A DNA stretch of 64,000 nt from Desulfosudaceae bacterium (GTDB lineage Bacteria > Desulfobacterota > Desulfobacteria > Desulfobacterales > Desulfosudaceae): positions 2,208,001 to 2,272,000 of the forward strand of contig CAXXDV010000001.1 of NCBI GenBank assembly GCA_963674745.2, written 5' to 3'. Every line of letters begins with the position of its first letter. Position 1 is the first letter of the stretch. The notes beneath the pieces were generated by a model. It searched no databases, was not told the origin of the DNA, and was given only the letters and a program-made list of their open reading frames with translations. The translations under genes were made by a program, and so were the position numbers. Below are positions 42,301-53,346 of the stretch, piece after piece.

Positions 42301-44481
42301 ATGCAAGAAATCATTCAGGAAACAACTATAAACGATAAGCCGTTTATCATTAAAACCGGCAAAATTGCCAAACAGGCTTCCGGTTCGGCCGTTGTGCAGT
42401 ATGGCGAAACGATTGTACTGGTTACCGTGGTTTCGACTGAAACGCCACGAGAAGATGCCGATTTTTTGCCCCTTTCCGTGGAATATCAGGAGAAGATTTA
42501 CGCCGCCGGAAGAATTCCGGGGAATTATTTCCGGAGGGAAATGGGGCGCCCCAGCGAAAAAGAAACACTGACCTGTCGTTTGATTGATCGTCCCATCAGG
42601 CCGTTATTTCCAAAAGGCTATAATTTTGAGACCCAGGTAATTGCTACTGTTTTGTCCATGGACCGGGAGAACGATCCGGATGTCCTGGCGATCGTGGGCG
42701 CTTCCACGGCCCTGGAACTCTCGGACATCCCTTTTGAAGGCCCGATTGCCGCGGTGCGGGTGGGGCGTCTGGACGGTCAACTGATCGTCAACCCCTCAAA
42801 CATGGATATCGATCAATGTGATTTAAATATTGTCGTGGCCGGGTCAAAAACCGGTGTGGTCATGGTCGAGGGCGGCAGCAAGGAAGTTAGTGAAGCAGAA
42901 ATGATAGAGGCCATTTATTTCGGCCATAACGCCATCAAACCGATGATTGAAATGCAGGAACAGCTAAAAGCGGCCTGCGGGAAGCCCAAACGTTCTTTTG
43001 CTCCGCCGGAAAGTGACCTGGCCCTGGAAACCACCATTATGGAAATGGCTTCCGATGATGTCCGCAGCACCCTGATGAATTTCACGCTGGATAAAATGTC
43101 CAGAAAAGAAGCCTTAAAAAACGTCAGAACCGGGCTGATCGAAAAGCTGGGCGAGGATTACGCGGAACGGGTAAAAGAAATAAAAGCCCTGTTTTCGGAT
43201 CTGGTCAAAAAGATCAGCCGGGATATCGTGCTGTCCGAAAACAAACGTATTGATGGCCGTGCCTTCGATGAAGTGCGAAAAGTCGATTGTGAAGTCGGTG
43301 TTCTGCCCAGGACCCATGGCAGTGCCTTGTTTACCCGGGGTGAGACCCAGGTATTGGGTGTCATGACCCTTGGCTCCGGACAGGATGAACAGCGGGTGGA
43401 AACCCTGGGCGGCGATGAGACCCGGCCGTTCATGCTGCATTATAATTTTCCGCCCTATTCAGTCGGCGAAACCAAAAGGATGCTGGGCCCGAGCCGGAGG
43501 GATATCGGGCATGGCAACCTGGCCCATCGGGCCATCGCCAGCATCCTTCCGGATAAAGCCGATTTTGATTACACCATTCGGCTGGTTTCAGAAGTTATGG
43601 AATCCAACGGCTCCTCTTCCATGGGAACGGTTTGCTCCTGCATTCTGGCTTTGATGGACGGTGGCGTGCCGATCAAAGCCCCGGTCTCCGGGATTGCCAT
43701 GGGCCTGGTCAAAGAGGGGGATAAGGTGGCCGTTTTAACCGATATCCTCGGCGATGAAGATCATTTCGGGGATATGGATTTCAAGGTTACGGGAACGGAA
43801 AAAGGCGTTACCGCCCTTCAGATGGATATCAAAATCAAGGAACTTCCGCGCCAGATCCTGGAAAACGCCCTGGCCCAGGCCAAAGAGGGCCGGATGTTTA
43901 TCCTGGGGAGAATGCTGGAAGCCCTGGACCGGGTCCGGGATGAACTTTCCCCGCATGCGCCCCGGATTCACCTGGTTAATATCCATCCTGACAAGATCAG
44001 GGAGTTGATCGGCCCGGGTGGCCGCATTATCAGGGAACTCCAGATGACGACCAATACACGGATTGAAGTCGATGACACCGGCCTGGTCAAGATCGCGGCC
44101 GCAACCGAAGAGAGCGCTAAAGCGGCCATTGCAGCGGTTGAGGAAATCGGAAAGGTTCCGGAACCGGGTGAAATTTATGAAGGCCAGGTTGTCCGGATTA
44201 CGGATTTCGGGGCTTTTGTGCAATTAAAAGAAGGTACCGACGGTCTGTGTCATATTTCTGAACTGGCGCATCATCATGTCAAGAGTGTCAGTGATGTCGT
44301 CAAGGTCGGTGAGTTGCTGAAGGTCAAAGTTCTCGAAGTCGATCCCTCCGGAAAGATCCGTCTGAGCCATAAAGCCCTGCTGCCGGTGCCTGAAGGAAAA
44401 GAAGGCGACGACCGGAAAAGCAACCATCATAAAAAATCCGGAGATGGGCCGAAACGAAACAATGCTCAGCGGAGAAGATAA
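42301..44481 (+). CDS. pnp: Polyribonucleotide nucleotidyltransferase
   Basis: [34 protein letters not shown] and S1 domains. Confidence 0.97.
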   Translation: MQEIIQETTINDKPFIIKTGKIAKQASGSAVVQYGETIVLVTVVSTETPREDADFLPLSVEYQEKIYAAGRIPGNYFRREMGRPSEKETLTCRLIDRPIRPLFPKGYNFETQVIATVLSMDRENDPDVLAIVGASTALELSDIPFEGPIAAVRVGRLDGQLIVNPSNMDIDQCDLNIVVAGSKTGVVMVEGGSKEVSEAEMIEAIYFGHNAIKPMIEMQEQLKAACGKPKRSFAPPESDLALETTIMEMASDDVRSTLMNFTLDKMSRKEALKNVRTGLIEKLGEDYAERVKEIKALFSDLVKKISRDIVLSENKRIDGRAFDEVRKVDCEVGVLPRTHGSALFTRGETQVLGVMTLGSGQDEQRVETLGGDETRPFMLHYNFPPYSVGETKRMLGPSRRDIGHGNLAHRAIASILPDKADFDYTIRLVSEVMESNGSSSMGTVCSCILALMDGGVPIKAPVSGIAMGLVKEGDKVAVLTDILGDEDHFGDMDFKVTGTEKGVTALQMDIKIKELPRQILENALAQAKEGRMFILGRMLEALDRVRDELSPHAPRIHLVNIHPDKIRELIGPGGRIIRELQMTTNTRIEVDDTGLVKIAAATEESAKAAIAAVEEIGKVPEPGEIYEGQVVRITDFGAFVQLKEGTDGLCHISELAHHHVKSVSDVVKVGELLKVKVLEVDPSGKIRLSHKALLPVPEGKEGDDRKSNHHKKSGDGPKRNNAQRRR

Positions 44482-44505
44482 CAAAGGGAATTCGATTTTC
44501 AAATA

Positions 44506-44970
44506 ATGACACCAGACACACCGGTCGTAAAATTTGTCAGGCTCAGGCCTGAAGACGACAGCGATATCGCGCTGCCGGAATATATGACACCACACTCCTC
44601 GGGAATGGACCTGCGGGCCGCCGTGAAAACGGATCAGGTTATTCCCAGGGGTGAAGTGGGCCTGATCCCGACGGGATTCGCTGTTGAGCTGCCTGTCGGT
44701 ATTGAAGCACAGATTCGTCCCAGAAGCGGACTGGCCGTCAAGCATGGTATCAGCATCATTAACGCACCCGGCACGATAGATGCTGATTATCGGGGTGAAA
44801 TTCAAGTCGCCTTGATTAATCTTGGAAAAGAACGCTATGTCGTCAAACGGGGGGACAGGATCGCGCAGATGGTTGTTCAACCCGTTTGTCACGCCAGAAT
44901 CAAACTGGTCGAGGAAATCGCTTCTTCTTCTCGCGGAGAAGGCGGTTTCGGCCATACCGGCCTTAAGTAA
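44506..44970 (+). CDS. dut: dUTP pyrophosphatase
   Basis: GMDL, RSGLA, GTIDADYRGE, RGEGGFGHTG. Confidence 0.96.
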   Translation: MTPDTPVVKFVRLRPEDDSDIALPEYMTPHSSGMDLRAAVKTDQVIPRGEVGLIPTGFAVELPVGIEAQIRPRSGLAVKHGISIINAPGTIDADYRGEIQVALINLGKERYVVKRGDRIAQMVVQPVCHARIKLVEEIASSSRGEGGFGHTGLK

Positions 44971-44999
44971 GGGGTCGACCCTTTTGAACCGGTTAGCTT

Positions 45000-45815
45000 T
45001 TGGGGGGTAAGTTGAAACACGTTGAATCAGGCCCGAAGAAAAACGGCAACCTTTTCGCCTGTGCCCTGGCCAGCGGCAGCAAGGGCAATTGCCTGTATGT
45101 CTCGGACGGAGATACGGCATTACTGATAGATGCCGGTCTTTCCGGTGTTGAGATAGAAAGACGACTGGCTGTTCATGACATTGATCCCCGATCATTGACC
45201 GCGATTCTTATCTCCCATGAGCACAGTGACCATATCCAGGGTGCCGGTGTTTTTGCCAGACGTTATCAGCTGCCGGTTTATATAAGTCGGGAGACCTGGC
45301 GGGCGGCCGGAACCTTTTTGGGCAAAATCGAAACATACCGGTATTTTGAATGCGGCAGCGGATTTGTCATCGGGGAGCTGGATATCCATCCCTTTTCTTT
45401 ATCACATGATGCGGCGGATCCGGCCGGATTTACGTTTACCCGAAGCGGCTTGAAAATCGGGCTGGCAACGGACCTGGGCGTGGCGACGACCATGGTCAAG
45501 GAAAACCTCAAGGGCTGTCAGGTTCTGATCCTGGAGGCGAACCATGATCCGGAGATGTTGATCGAAGGGCGTTACCCCTGGCCTGTCAAGCAGCGCATCA
45601 AGGGCAGGACAGGGCATCTGTCGAATAACGATACCCGGCAACTGCTTGCCGAACTCAAGCACGACGGGCTGGCGCATGTTGTTCTGGCCCATTTAAGTCA
45701 TGAGAACAATACTTGTGAAAAGGCGCTTTCCGTGGCGGGTGAGGCGCTTGGCGTATCTCATACCACTCTTTCCGTCGCCTTGCAGCACCGGTGTGGTGAG
45801 CTGATTCAGATTTGA
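45000..45815 (+). CDS. MBL-fold hydrolase (YycJ/WalJ-like)
   Basis: LASGSKGN, SHEHSDH, EANHD, GHLSN, HLS. Confidence 0.88.
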   Translation: MGGKLKHVESGPKKNGNLFACALASGSKGNCLYVSDGDTALLIDAGLSGVEIERRLAVHDIDPRSLTAILISHEHSDHIQGAGVFARRYQLPVYISRETWRAAGTFLGKIETYRYFECGSGFVIGELDIHPFSLSHDAADPAGFTFTRSGLKIGLATDLGVATTMVKENLKGCQVLILEANHDPEMLIEGRYPWPVKQRIKGRTGHLSNNDTRQLLAELKHDGLAHVVLAHLSHENNTCEKALSVAGEALGVSHTTLSVALQHRCGELIQI

Positions 45816-45999
45816 GTTCACCAGGGAAGCCCCCCTTTTCATGGTTTTTTTCGATGGTGACCGGCGTTTTGCCGCCAAATCCGGAGATCAATTCGTGAAA
45901 ACCCAGACCAAAGAACACAAAACCTTGCGCTCATTTCCGCTATGGAGTAAAATAATAGAAGTAGGTTTAATTAAATAACCATAATTATGGTGTAAATTA

Positions 46000-47946
46000 A
46001 TGTCGGACACGGATCTGGAGACTCCGGGAAATTCCGTTCCCGCACCCGAGGAAAAAAAAGAACTGACTTTAGAGGAAAAAGTCCTGGATTGTTTTGTGGC
46101 CTTTTATAAAAAACAACTGGGCTTTCGCCGAAGGGTCGGAGCGGAAATTTCTTTTCTGGAAGCCAATCGGTTCAACCCTAAGGTCAAGACGCACAATGTA
46201 AAAGTGAAAGTCGGCATGAATGACTGGCGGGCCAGGCGGGTGACCCTTGGTCCCATTGGCGAGGACTCCGGCTCCAAGAGTAAGTGCTTTCTGGTTATTT
46301 ATGACGATAAGATTGTTGTTAAGGTCCCGCCCATTCCGATTACCGATTTTGACGCCTATATTAAAAGCATGAAAAAGGAACGGCGGATTATTGAAAAAGT
46401 TCAGCCCCGGGAAAGCGTTATCCCCACTCTCGGGGTTATCCTCAACAAGTATCAACCTTATCTGGAAGATATGTCGGCCGCCGGCAAAGAACTCACCGAA
46501 GAAAGTGCCGAAGAATGGTTGAGGGAAAATCCGGATTTCCAGGAATATTTTCAGATCGAGGGCGGGTTTGTGTTTTTTATGGATCTTGCCAGATATGTTT
46601 TTCTGGCCGATGCGATCGCCTTGTTCCACGCCATTGACAGCGGGCTCCAGGACGAACTTTTAAGAGATCCGACGATTATTGACGACTTTGACAAATTCGA
46701 GGGACGATACGGTCTGGAAAATGCCCAGCTGGGAATGGACCTTAAGAGCGTTTATGATGAGTTTGAAGACCACTTGCGAAAGCTGATGGTCAAGGCCGGT
46801 GTGTCCCCTTCTTTATTGCTTTATAAAACCCAGGAATGGTTCTTTCGCCATGTGGCCGAGCTCCAGGTCGAAAAAGATGAAAAAAAGGGTCTGGATGACG
46901 GATTTGTTAATCAGCTCAATAAGCTGCTGAAGAAGATCATGGATGAAAACCGGGACCTGGTCAACGAATACAAACAGATGGTTCAGGATTCGATCCAGAC
47001 CGTCTCTTTTTCTCAGTATAAGATGTACATGGAAGGGTTGATCTCCAATTCGCTGGAACTGCTGGCCTGGTTGGATTATAAAGGTGTGGCCATCCGTGAC
47101 ATAAAGCCGGACAATCTGCTGGTGGCTGGAGATCCGGACAGGTACCCGGCGTTTTTATCCGCTCCGAATACCTATAAGATCGGGTTGATCGACGTGGAAA
47201 CCGCTGTTGATATAAAACCTGAAGACGGCCGGCTGGTTCAACCACAACTGGGCGGGACCCCTTTTTATGCCACACCGTTGAATATGTTCTCCAATAAAAC
47301 ATTGCTATCCGCCCATGGCGATCTGCAAAGAGCGCTCTTCCTTCAGGACTGGTTTTCGACTTTGGCGATGATTTACGGTATTGTTGTCAACGATTACCTG
47401 TTCGGTAAAACGGCAAAGCAGCTGGTGATCCTGACCCGCAAAATTCAAAAGGCGCTCAAAGCCGATCAGCCACCTGAAGCCGTTCTAAATGAGGCCAACA
47501 AGATATTCTGGACGACTGCCGCCGAGGAATTTAATTCAAGTATGAGGGCACACAGAGAACAGTTCCGGACCATCAGAGTTTTTCTGCATGGTAATGTCCG
47601 GACGCTGTTTGAGCGGGAATTCACCAAAGAAATGAAAAATGCGGACAAGGCCATAAAAAAGCTGATCGCGCAGCAGTCATTGTTCAAGAACAAAAAGAAT
47701 CAGATGCAGCTCTATCAGGGGGCACCGGACCGCATCACCGAAGTCATCGATAAAATCAAGAACAAACCGGATATCGATACCCGGTCGTTGGCGCAACTGG
47801 AACGTGTAAGGGAGTTGAAACAACGTCAGCAGTATTACAATGAGGTCGTCGGTCTGGTACAGGACCCCAACAGTGAAATGTCCGCGCTTTACCTGATGGA
47901 TGTGATGTTTACACTGGCGCGTGATTTCATGGATCTTCGCTTCTGA
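46000..47946 (+). CDS. Protein-kinase-like domain protein (atypical)
   Basis: VVKVP, IRDIKPDNLLV, LIDVE, GGTPFYATP, QDWF. Confidence 0.65.
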   Translation: MSDTDLETPGNSVPAPEEKKELTLEEKVLDCFVAFYKKQLGFRRRVGAEISFLEANRFNPKVKTHNVKVKVGMNDWRARRVTLGPIGEDSGSKSKCFLVIYDDKIVVKVPPIPITDFDAYIKSMKKERRIIEKVQPRESVIPTLGVILNKYQPYLEDMSAAGKELTEESAEEWLRENPDFQEYFQIEGGFVFFMDLARYVFLADAIALFHAIDSGLQDELLRDPTIIDDFDKFEGRYGLENAQLGMDLKSVYDEFEDHLRKLMVKAGVSPSLLLYKTQEWFFRHVAELQVEKDEKKGLDDGFVNQLNKLLKKIMDENRDLVNEYKQMVQDSIQTVSFSQYKMYMEGLISNSLELLAWLDYKGVAIRDIKPDNLLVAGDPDRYPAFLSAPNTYKIGLIDVETAVDIKPEDGRLVQPQLGGTPFYATPLNMFSNKTLLSAHGDLQRALFLQDWFSTLAMIYGIVVNDYLFGKTAKQLVILTRKIQKALKADQPPEAVLNEANKIFWTTAAEEFNSSMRAHREQFRTIRVFLHGNVRTLFEREFTKEMKNADKAIKKLIAQQSLFKNKKNQMQLYQGAPDRITEVIDKIKNKPDIDTRSLAQLERVRELKQRQQYYNEVVGLVQDPNSEMSALYLMDVMFTLARDFMDLRF

Positions 47947-48839
47947 TAATACCATTTGCCGTGAAGATTCTGATACCACCAGGCAAAACGGATGGGTGCC
48001 GGCAACTTTGGTATCCAGAATCCGTCCGGAATTGTTTCGGCAGGCTGCCGGCGGCCGGGTGTGATATCAGCCATGATGTGGCCTTCGCCTTCCGACTGCT
48101 TCATTCGTGCCAGTATTTCCCCTCCGGCATCGACGATCTGGGTCTCACCAAGAAAAAATGATTCGTATGGGAACCCCGGAAGCAAGGGGGTGTTTCCGTT
48201 AAAACGACCGGCGTGTGCCGCGTGAACGACCGGGCAGCCCAGCATTCGCGCGAATCTGGCCGGTGTTTTCTCCATAATTGAAAAATTGTTATTTTTTACC
48301 GAATGCGAAAAGCCGGGCAACCTTTTTTTCGGTAAGGACCACCAGCAGGAACCGCCGACAACCAGGTCTACCCGGCCCAGCAGTCGTCGAGCGGTCCGGG
48401 TCCTTACAAATTCCCAGCACAATGCAACGCCGATATCCCCGACCGGTGTGGTTAAGACACCATCATCGGCTCCGCCGCGATAATAGCAGTTTTCCCACAT
48501 GGTGGGCTGGTCTTTGTCATGAAAGAAAAATTGCCGGTCCGGGAAAACCAGAAAAAAGCGGTTGTAGGCATGCTTTCCCACGGATACAATGAATGACCCC
48601 CCGATGATACCGTTGTAACTCGCGGCAAGCTCCATGAACATCCGCATCGCATGGCCATCCGGTTTTTCAGCCACCCTGTCCATCACCGGATGAAAGCCCA
48701 TGGCCGTGGGAAAAAACTCCGGCAGAATGACCATTTGCGCACCGCCGGCGAATGCTTCTGCGGCCAGCCGCCGGGCGGACTGGAGGTTTTTGTTTACGTC
48801 GCCCAGCGTGGCGACCATCTGAACAGCTGCAATTTTCAT
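47889..48839 (-). CDS. Carbon-nitrogen hydrolase family protein
   Basis: LPEFF, HDK, LCWE catalytic triad. Confidence 0.88.
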   Translation of the reverse strand: MKIAAVQMVATLGDVNKNLQSARRLAAEAFAGGAQMVILPEFFPTAMGFHPVMDRVAEKPDGHAMRMFMELAASYNGIIGGSFIVSVGKHAYNRFFLVFPDRQFFFHDKDQPTMWENCYYRGGADDGVLTTPVGDIGVALCWEFVRTRTARRLLGRVDLVVGGSCWWSLPKKRLPGFSHSVKNNNFSIMEKTPARFARMLGCPVVHAAHAGRFNGNTPLLPGFPYESFFLGETQIVDAGGEILARMKQSEGEGHIMADITPGRRQPAETIPDGFWIPKLPAPIRFAWWYQNLHGKWYYQKRRSMKSRASVNITSIR

Positions 48840-49175
48840 AAAAAAGTACCTCTCATAAACGGTGTTTAAGATATTCCTTTGGCTCCTTCTAAAAAGCTAT
48901 CGACTTAACTGGCCATTATACCATTTGCTTACTACCACTAATCGGGAGATGAACCAATTTTTTAAAATCCCCAAACGGCTTAAACGGCGCCCATGAGGTG
49001 CGCCGTGGCGGAACCCCCGCCAATGACGCTGCCTGCGTCGGTGATAACATTATCCCGGTGTAATGAAAAGCGTCCGGCCGAAAAACAGATCCGTTCCGTT
49101 CTTGCGATTTTTTTTTTGATCGCTTACACTTTGTCCTGACGAAAGATGAGCCATGATTAATAAGAGATAAATACC

Positions 49176-50204
49176 ATGACTGTCGATTCAAGACAATGGA
49201 GGGCCCGGGCTCTCATTTTTTTGCTTATTAACGCCGCCGTGATTGTTGCCTGCAGCGCTGACCGGCGGATCAGTTTTTCCGGTAAAACCATGGGAACCAC
49301 TTATCACATTACGGTGATTGCACCGTCGATGACCAGTGGTGACCGTCTGCAGAAAAAAGTGGAAGCCCGCCTGGTGGAGATTAATAACAGCATGTCCACC
49401 TATATCGCTGCCAGTGAAATCAGCCGCTTTAATAACTTTAATCATGTCGGGCGACCTTTTGCCGCATCCGATGATTTTACCCGGGTGCTGCAAATCGGGG
49501 AAAGAATTTTCAACCTGACGAAAGGGGCCTGGGATGCAACGGTATGGCCGCTGGTTAAGCTGTGGGGTTTTCATCTCCCGGTGGAACAACGCCGTGTACC
49601 GACCAGAAAACAGATCGACAGCGCACTGGCATGTATCGGTTATGGGAAGATTCAGCTGACCGAGGCGGGTGTAATTAAGAAAGCATCCTGTGTCACCCTG
49701 GATTTGGGCTCCATCGCCAAGGGGTACGGCGTGGATCAGATCGCGGCGTTACTGAAAGAAAACGGCTTAACCGATTTTATCGTTGAAATCGGCGGCGAGA
49801 TAGTCGCCTCCGGGACCAAGGGAAATGGAGACAATTGGAATATCGGCATCAATCTGCCGGAGGACTATGCGCCGGCCAATCAGGTGCGTCGAACACTGAC
49901 GCTTTCCAATCGTGCCGTAGCCACCAGCGGGGATTATCGGAATTTTTTTATGGTTGGTGATAACCGGTACTGCCACGTCCTTGATCCGCGTACCGGTAGC
50001 CCGGTAAAGACCAGTGTGGTCAGCGCCTCGGTTGTTTCCGATTCCTGTGCATTTGCCGATGGTCTGGCAACGGCGCTCATGATCATGGCGCCGGAAGAAA
50101 GCCTGTCGCTTGTCAATTCTCTGGCGCACACGGAGTGTCTGGTTACCGTGCGGGAAGCCGACGGACAACTGAAAGACTACTATTCAAAAAAATTCTATAA
50201 ATAA
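49176..50204 (+). CDS. apbE: FAD:protein FMN transferase (ApbE family lipoprotein)
   Basis: Lipobox IVAC, TMGT, DLGSIAKGY, ATSGDY, ADGLAT. Confidence 0.92.
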   Translation: MTVDSRQWRARALIFLLINAAVIVACSADRRISFSGKTMGTTYHITVIAPSMTSGDRLQKKVEARLVEINNSMSTYIAASEISRFNNFNHVGRPFAASDDFTRVLQIGERIFNLTKGAWDATVWPLVKLWGFHLPVEQRRVPTRKQIDSALACIGYGKIQLTEAGVIKKASCVTLDLGSIAKGYGVDQIAALLKENGLTDFIVEIGGEIVASGTKGNGDNWNIGINLPEDYAPANQVRRTLTLSNRAVATSGDYRNFFMVGDNRYCHVLDPRTGSPVKTSVVSASVVSDSCAFADGLATALMIMAPEESLSLVNSLAHTECLVTVREADGQLKDYYSKKFYK

Positions 50205-50214
50205 GGAGGATATT

Positions 50215-51036
50215 ATGTCGGCCTACGAATTTTACCTGGTGGAAAAAGAACCGCCCCTGGCATGGGTTTACCTGAACCGCCCGGAGAAAAAAAATGCAAT
50301 GAATCCACCGGCATGGAAAGAGATTATACCGATTTTTGAGGATATTGAGGCCGATGATGATATTCGCGTGGCCATTATCGCCGGCAAAGGGCAGGCTTTT
50401 TCAGCCGGTATTGATCTGGTGGGAATGGGGGGCGAACTGCCGGAAATGACCGATCCGCATCAGAAGGGCGGTATTAAGGAAAAGTTGATTAAAAAGATCA
50501 AACAGCTCCAGGACACCATCAGCTGTATCGAGTGGTGCAGAAAGCCGGTTATCGCAGCCATCCATGGTTATTGTATCGGCGCCGGCCTTGATATGGCGAC
50601 GGCCTGTGATATCCGTCTGTGCAGCGAGGACGCCGTTTTTTCCCTGCGGGAAGCGGCAGTGGCTTTTGTGGCCGATGTCGGTGTGCTGCAACGCATACCC
50701 CATATCGTCGGGCAGGGGATCGCCAGGGAACTGGCCTTCAGCGCGAAAAATATCGATGCCAAAAGGGCCCGGGAAGTTTTGCTGGTGAACGAGGTGTTTC
50801 AAGACAAAGCGGCGTTGTTGGCCGGCGCCCGCCAATGGGCAATAGAAATAGCCGAAAAATCACCCCTGGCGGTTCAGGCCTCCAAGGACGTTTTGAATTA
50901 TGGTATCGGCAAATCGATAAACGACGGGCTTACCTATGTGGCCAGCAAAAGTGCCAACATTCTTCCCTCTGATGATTTTCTTGAGGCTGTAACCGCTTTT
51001 ATTGAAAAACGCAAGCCGGTCTTTCCTGGAAAATAA
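50215..51036 (+). CDS. Enoyl-CoA hydratase/isomerase (dienoyl-CoA isomerase-like)
   Basis: LNRPEKKNA, FSAGIDL, KPVIAAIHG.CIG.G, ADVG. Confidence 0.9.
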   Translation: MSAYEFYLVEKEPPLAWVYLNRPEKKNAMNPPAWKEIIPIFEDIEADDDIRVAIIAGKGQAFSAGIDLVGMGGELPEMTDPHQKGGIKEKLIKKIKQLQDTISCIEWCRKPVIAAIHGYCIGAGLDMATACDIRLCSEDAVFSLREAAVAFVADVGVLQRIPHIVGQGIARELAFSAKNIDAKRAREVLLVNEVFQDKAALLAGARQWAIEIAEKSPLAVQASKDVLNYGIGKSINDGLTYVASKSANILPSDDFLEAVTAFIEKRKPVFPGK

Positions 51037-51042
51037 CCTGTT

Positions 51043-52359
51043 TTGAAAGTACATCTGACCAGCCTGGGTTGCGCCAAGAACCAGGTAGACAGTGAGTTGA
51101 TGCTGGGCATGTTCCTGGAACGGGGACATCTGCCATGTGATACGCCTGACGAGGCTGACGCCATTGTTGTCAATACCTGCGCTTTTATTGAAGCGGCCGT
51201 TGAAGAGGCGATCGATACGATTCTTGAACTGGCGAAATTCAAAAGCGAACAATGCCGCCTGATCGTCTGTGGCTGCCTTCCGGAAAGATATCAGTACGAC
51301 CTGGCAGATTCTTTGCCCGAGGTCGATTTTTTTTTCGGAACCGGCGCCTACCACAAGGTGGTCGATGCGCTGGCGGCGGATACCGGCCGTCTTGTCCGGT
51401 GTTCCCTGCCGCCCCCGGAAAGCGTCAGCCTGGCTCACAAATTCCCCGGCAGAATGTGGCGCCGTGACGGATTTGCGTACCTGAAAATCGCTGAAGGATG
51501 TGACCGGCGATGTACTTATTGTATTATCCCCAAACTACGCGGCCGCCGGAAAAGCCGCCCCCTCGAAGATATTGTTTCTGAAGCGACCGCCCTGGTCGAA
51601 ACGGGTGTTCGGGAACTGGTATTGATCAGCCAGGAAACGTCCGCTTACGGTCGGGATTTGACGCCGATGACGGATTTAACGGAACTTCTGGACGTCCTTT
51701 CGGCGCGATTTCCGGAAACGTGGGTCCGTTTGCTTTATATGCATCCGGAAACCATTACTTCCGGGCTGATCCGTATGATCGCGGACCGGGAAAATATCTG
51801 TTCATATTTTGATATTCCCGTCCAGCATGCGACAGACCGGATATTAAAACGTATGGGCCGGCACCATAAAAGAGCGGATCTTTTCCGGCTTTTTACACAA
51901 ATCAGGAGACATGTGCCGCAGGCCGCTTTGCGGACCACCGTCATGGTCGGATTCCCGGGAGAAACCAAACCGGATATGGATGAGTTAATGAATTTTATTA
52001 AAGAGATAGAGTTTGACCATGTGGGTGTCTTCGTATATTCTGATCATGAAGATCTGGCTTCCCATGGTCTGGCCGGTCATGTCGCTTTGGAAAAGGCGGA
52101 AACGAGGCGTCACCGGTTGATGACCGCACAGGCAGAAATCTCCCGGGCGCGTAACCATCAGCGACTGGGTGAGAACCTTCGCGTTCTGCTGGAAAATCGG
52201 ATCGGGGATCATCTTTTTGATGGCCGGGCTGAATTTCAGGCGCCGGAGGTGGACGGCATTATCCGGGTTGCCGGTGAAGACCCGGTAAATTGCGGTGATT
52301 TTGTCACCGTGCACGTAACGGAAGCGACCGAATACGATCTTTCGGGAAAAATTGTATGA
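51043..52359 (+). CDS. rimO: Ribosomal protein S12 methylthiotransferase
   Basis: SLGCAKNQVDSE, NTCAFIE, KIAEGCDRRCTYC.IP, APEVDG. Confidence 0.93.
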   Translation: MKVHLTSLGCAKNQVDSELMLGMFLERGHLPCDTPDEADAIVVNTCAFIEAAVEEAIDTILELAKFKSEQCRLIVCGCLPERYQYDLADSLPEVDFFFGTGAYHKVVDALAADTGRLVRCSLPPPESVSLAHKFPGRMWRRDGFAYLKIAEGCDRRCTYCIIPKLRGRRKSRPLEDIVSEATALVETGVRELVLISQETSAYGRDLTPMTDLTELLDVLSARFPETWVRLLYMHPETITSGLIRMIADRENICSYFDIPVQHATDRILKRMGRHHKRADLFRLFTQIRRHVPQAALRTTVMVGFPGETKPDMDELMNFIKEIEFDHVGVFVYSDHEDLASHGLAGHVALEKAETRRHRLMTAQAEISRARNHQRLGENLRVLLENRIGDHLFDGRAEFQAPEVDGIIRVAGEDPVNCGDFVTVHVTEATEYDLSGKIV

Positions 52360-53339
52360 CTGAGAATCTTAAACAGGCCATTTTAACGGCGGTGGCCGAA
52401 GATATTGATGAAATTGAAAAGGCGCTGGGCGATAACCTGACACCCTACCTGGACAAGGTCCGGGAAATCGCCGGTCATATTCTTTTCAGCGGCGGCAAGC
52501 GGATACGGCCGTTGTTGATGATATTAAGCGCCAGATTATGTGGTTACCAGAAGAATGATGCGGCAACCTTTGCTATTCTTTTCGAATATCTGCACACGGC
52601 GACGCTGCTCCATGATGATCTTGTGGATTATGCCAGTGTCCGGAGAGGTAAGCCTGTGGCCAACACTATCTGGGGGAACGCTTCTGCGGTCCTTACCGGA
52701 GACTTCCTTCTGGCCCGGGCCAGCAGCCTGGCAGTGAAAACAGAAAAAATGGAAATTCTGGAGATTTTGGCGCGGATCACTGAAGACATGTCCCAGGGGG
52801 AGCTTCATCAGTTGGCGAAAAAAGGTGATCCGGAACTGTCCGAAGCAGAATATCTGCAGATCATCAGAAACAAAACGGCTGTTCTGATGCAGGGGGCCTG
52901 TCTGTCCGGGGCTATTCTGGCGGATGCCTCCCCGGCTGAAAAGCAGGCCATGTCTGATTACGGTATTAATCTGGGAATGGCTTTTCAAATGGCGGACGAT
53001 CTTCTGGATTACGTTTCAGACAGTGAACAGCTTGGAAAGGCTGTGGGGGCGGACCTGAGGGAAGGGAAGTTTACCCTGCCGCTGATCGCCAGTCTGGCCA
53101 GGGCCGATGAGCGTGACGCCGGGCAGATAAAAGAAATGATGAATAAAAGGGAGTTCTCAACTGAAGCGTTCCAGGCCTTGAACCGATTACTTGACAAATA
53201 CGGTGGCATTGATTATACGCGGACCTGCGCTGCCGCTTATGTTGCCCGGGCCAAAGCTGCGCTGTCCATGTTCAAGCCCTCAACCGCCGGAGACATACTG
53301 GCGATGCTTGCCGATTACACTTTGGCGAGGAACAGCTAA
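52356..53339 (+). CDS. Polyprenyl diphosphate synthase (IspB-like)
   Basis: GGKRIRP, LHDDLVD..RRG, FQMADDLLD. Confidence 0.92.
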   Translation: MTENLKQAILTAVAEDIDEIEKALGDNLTPYLDKVREIAGHILFSGGKRIRPLLMILSARLCGYQKNDAATFAILFEYLHTATLLHDDLVDYASVRRGKPVANTIWGNASAVLTGDFLLARASSLAVKTEKMEILEILARITEDMSQGELHQLAKKGDPELSEAEYLQIIRNKTAVLMQGACLSGAILADASPAEKQAMSDYGINLGMAFQMADDLLDYVSDSEQLGKAVGADLREGKFTLPLIASLARADERDAGQIKEMMNKREFSTEAFQALNRLLDKYGGIDYTRTCAAAYVARAKAALSMFKPSTAGDILAMLADYTLARNS

Positions 53340-53346
53340 CCCGGAG

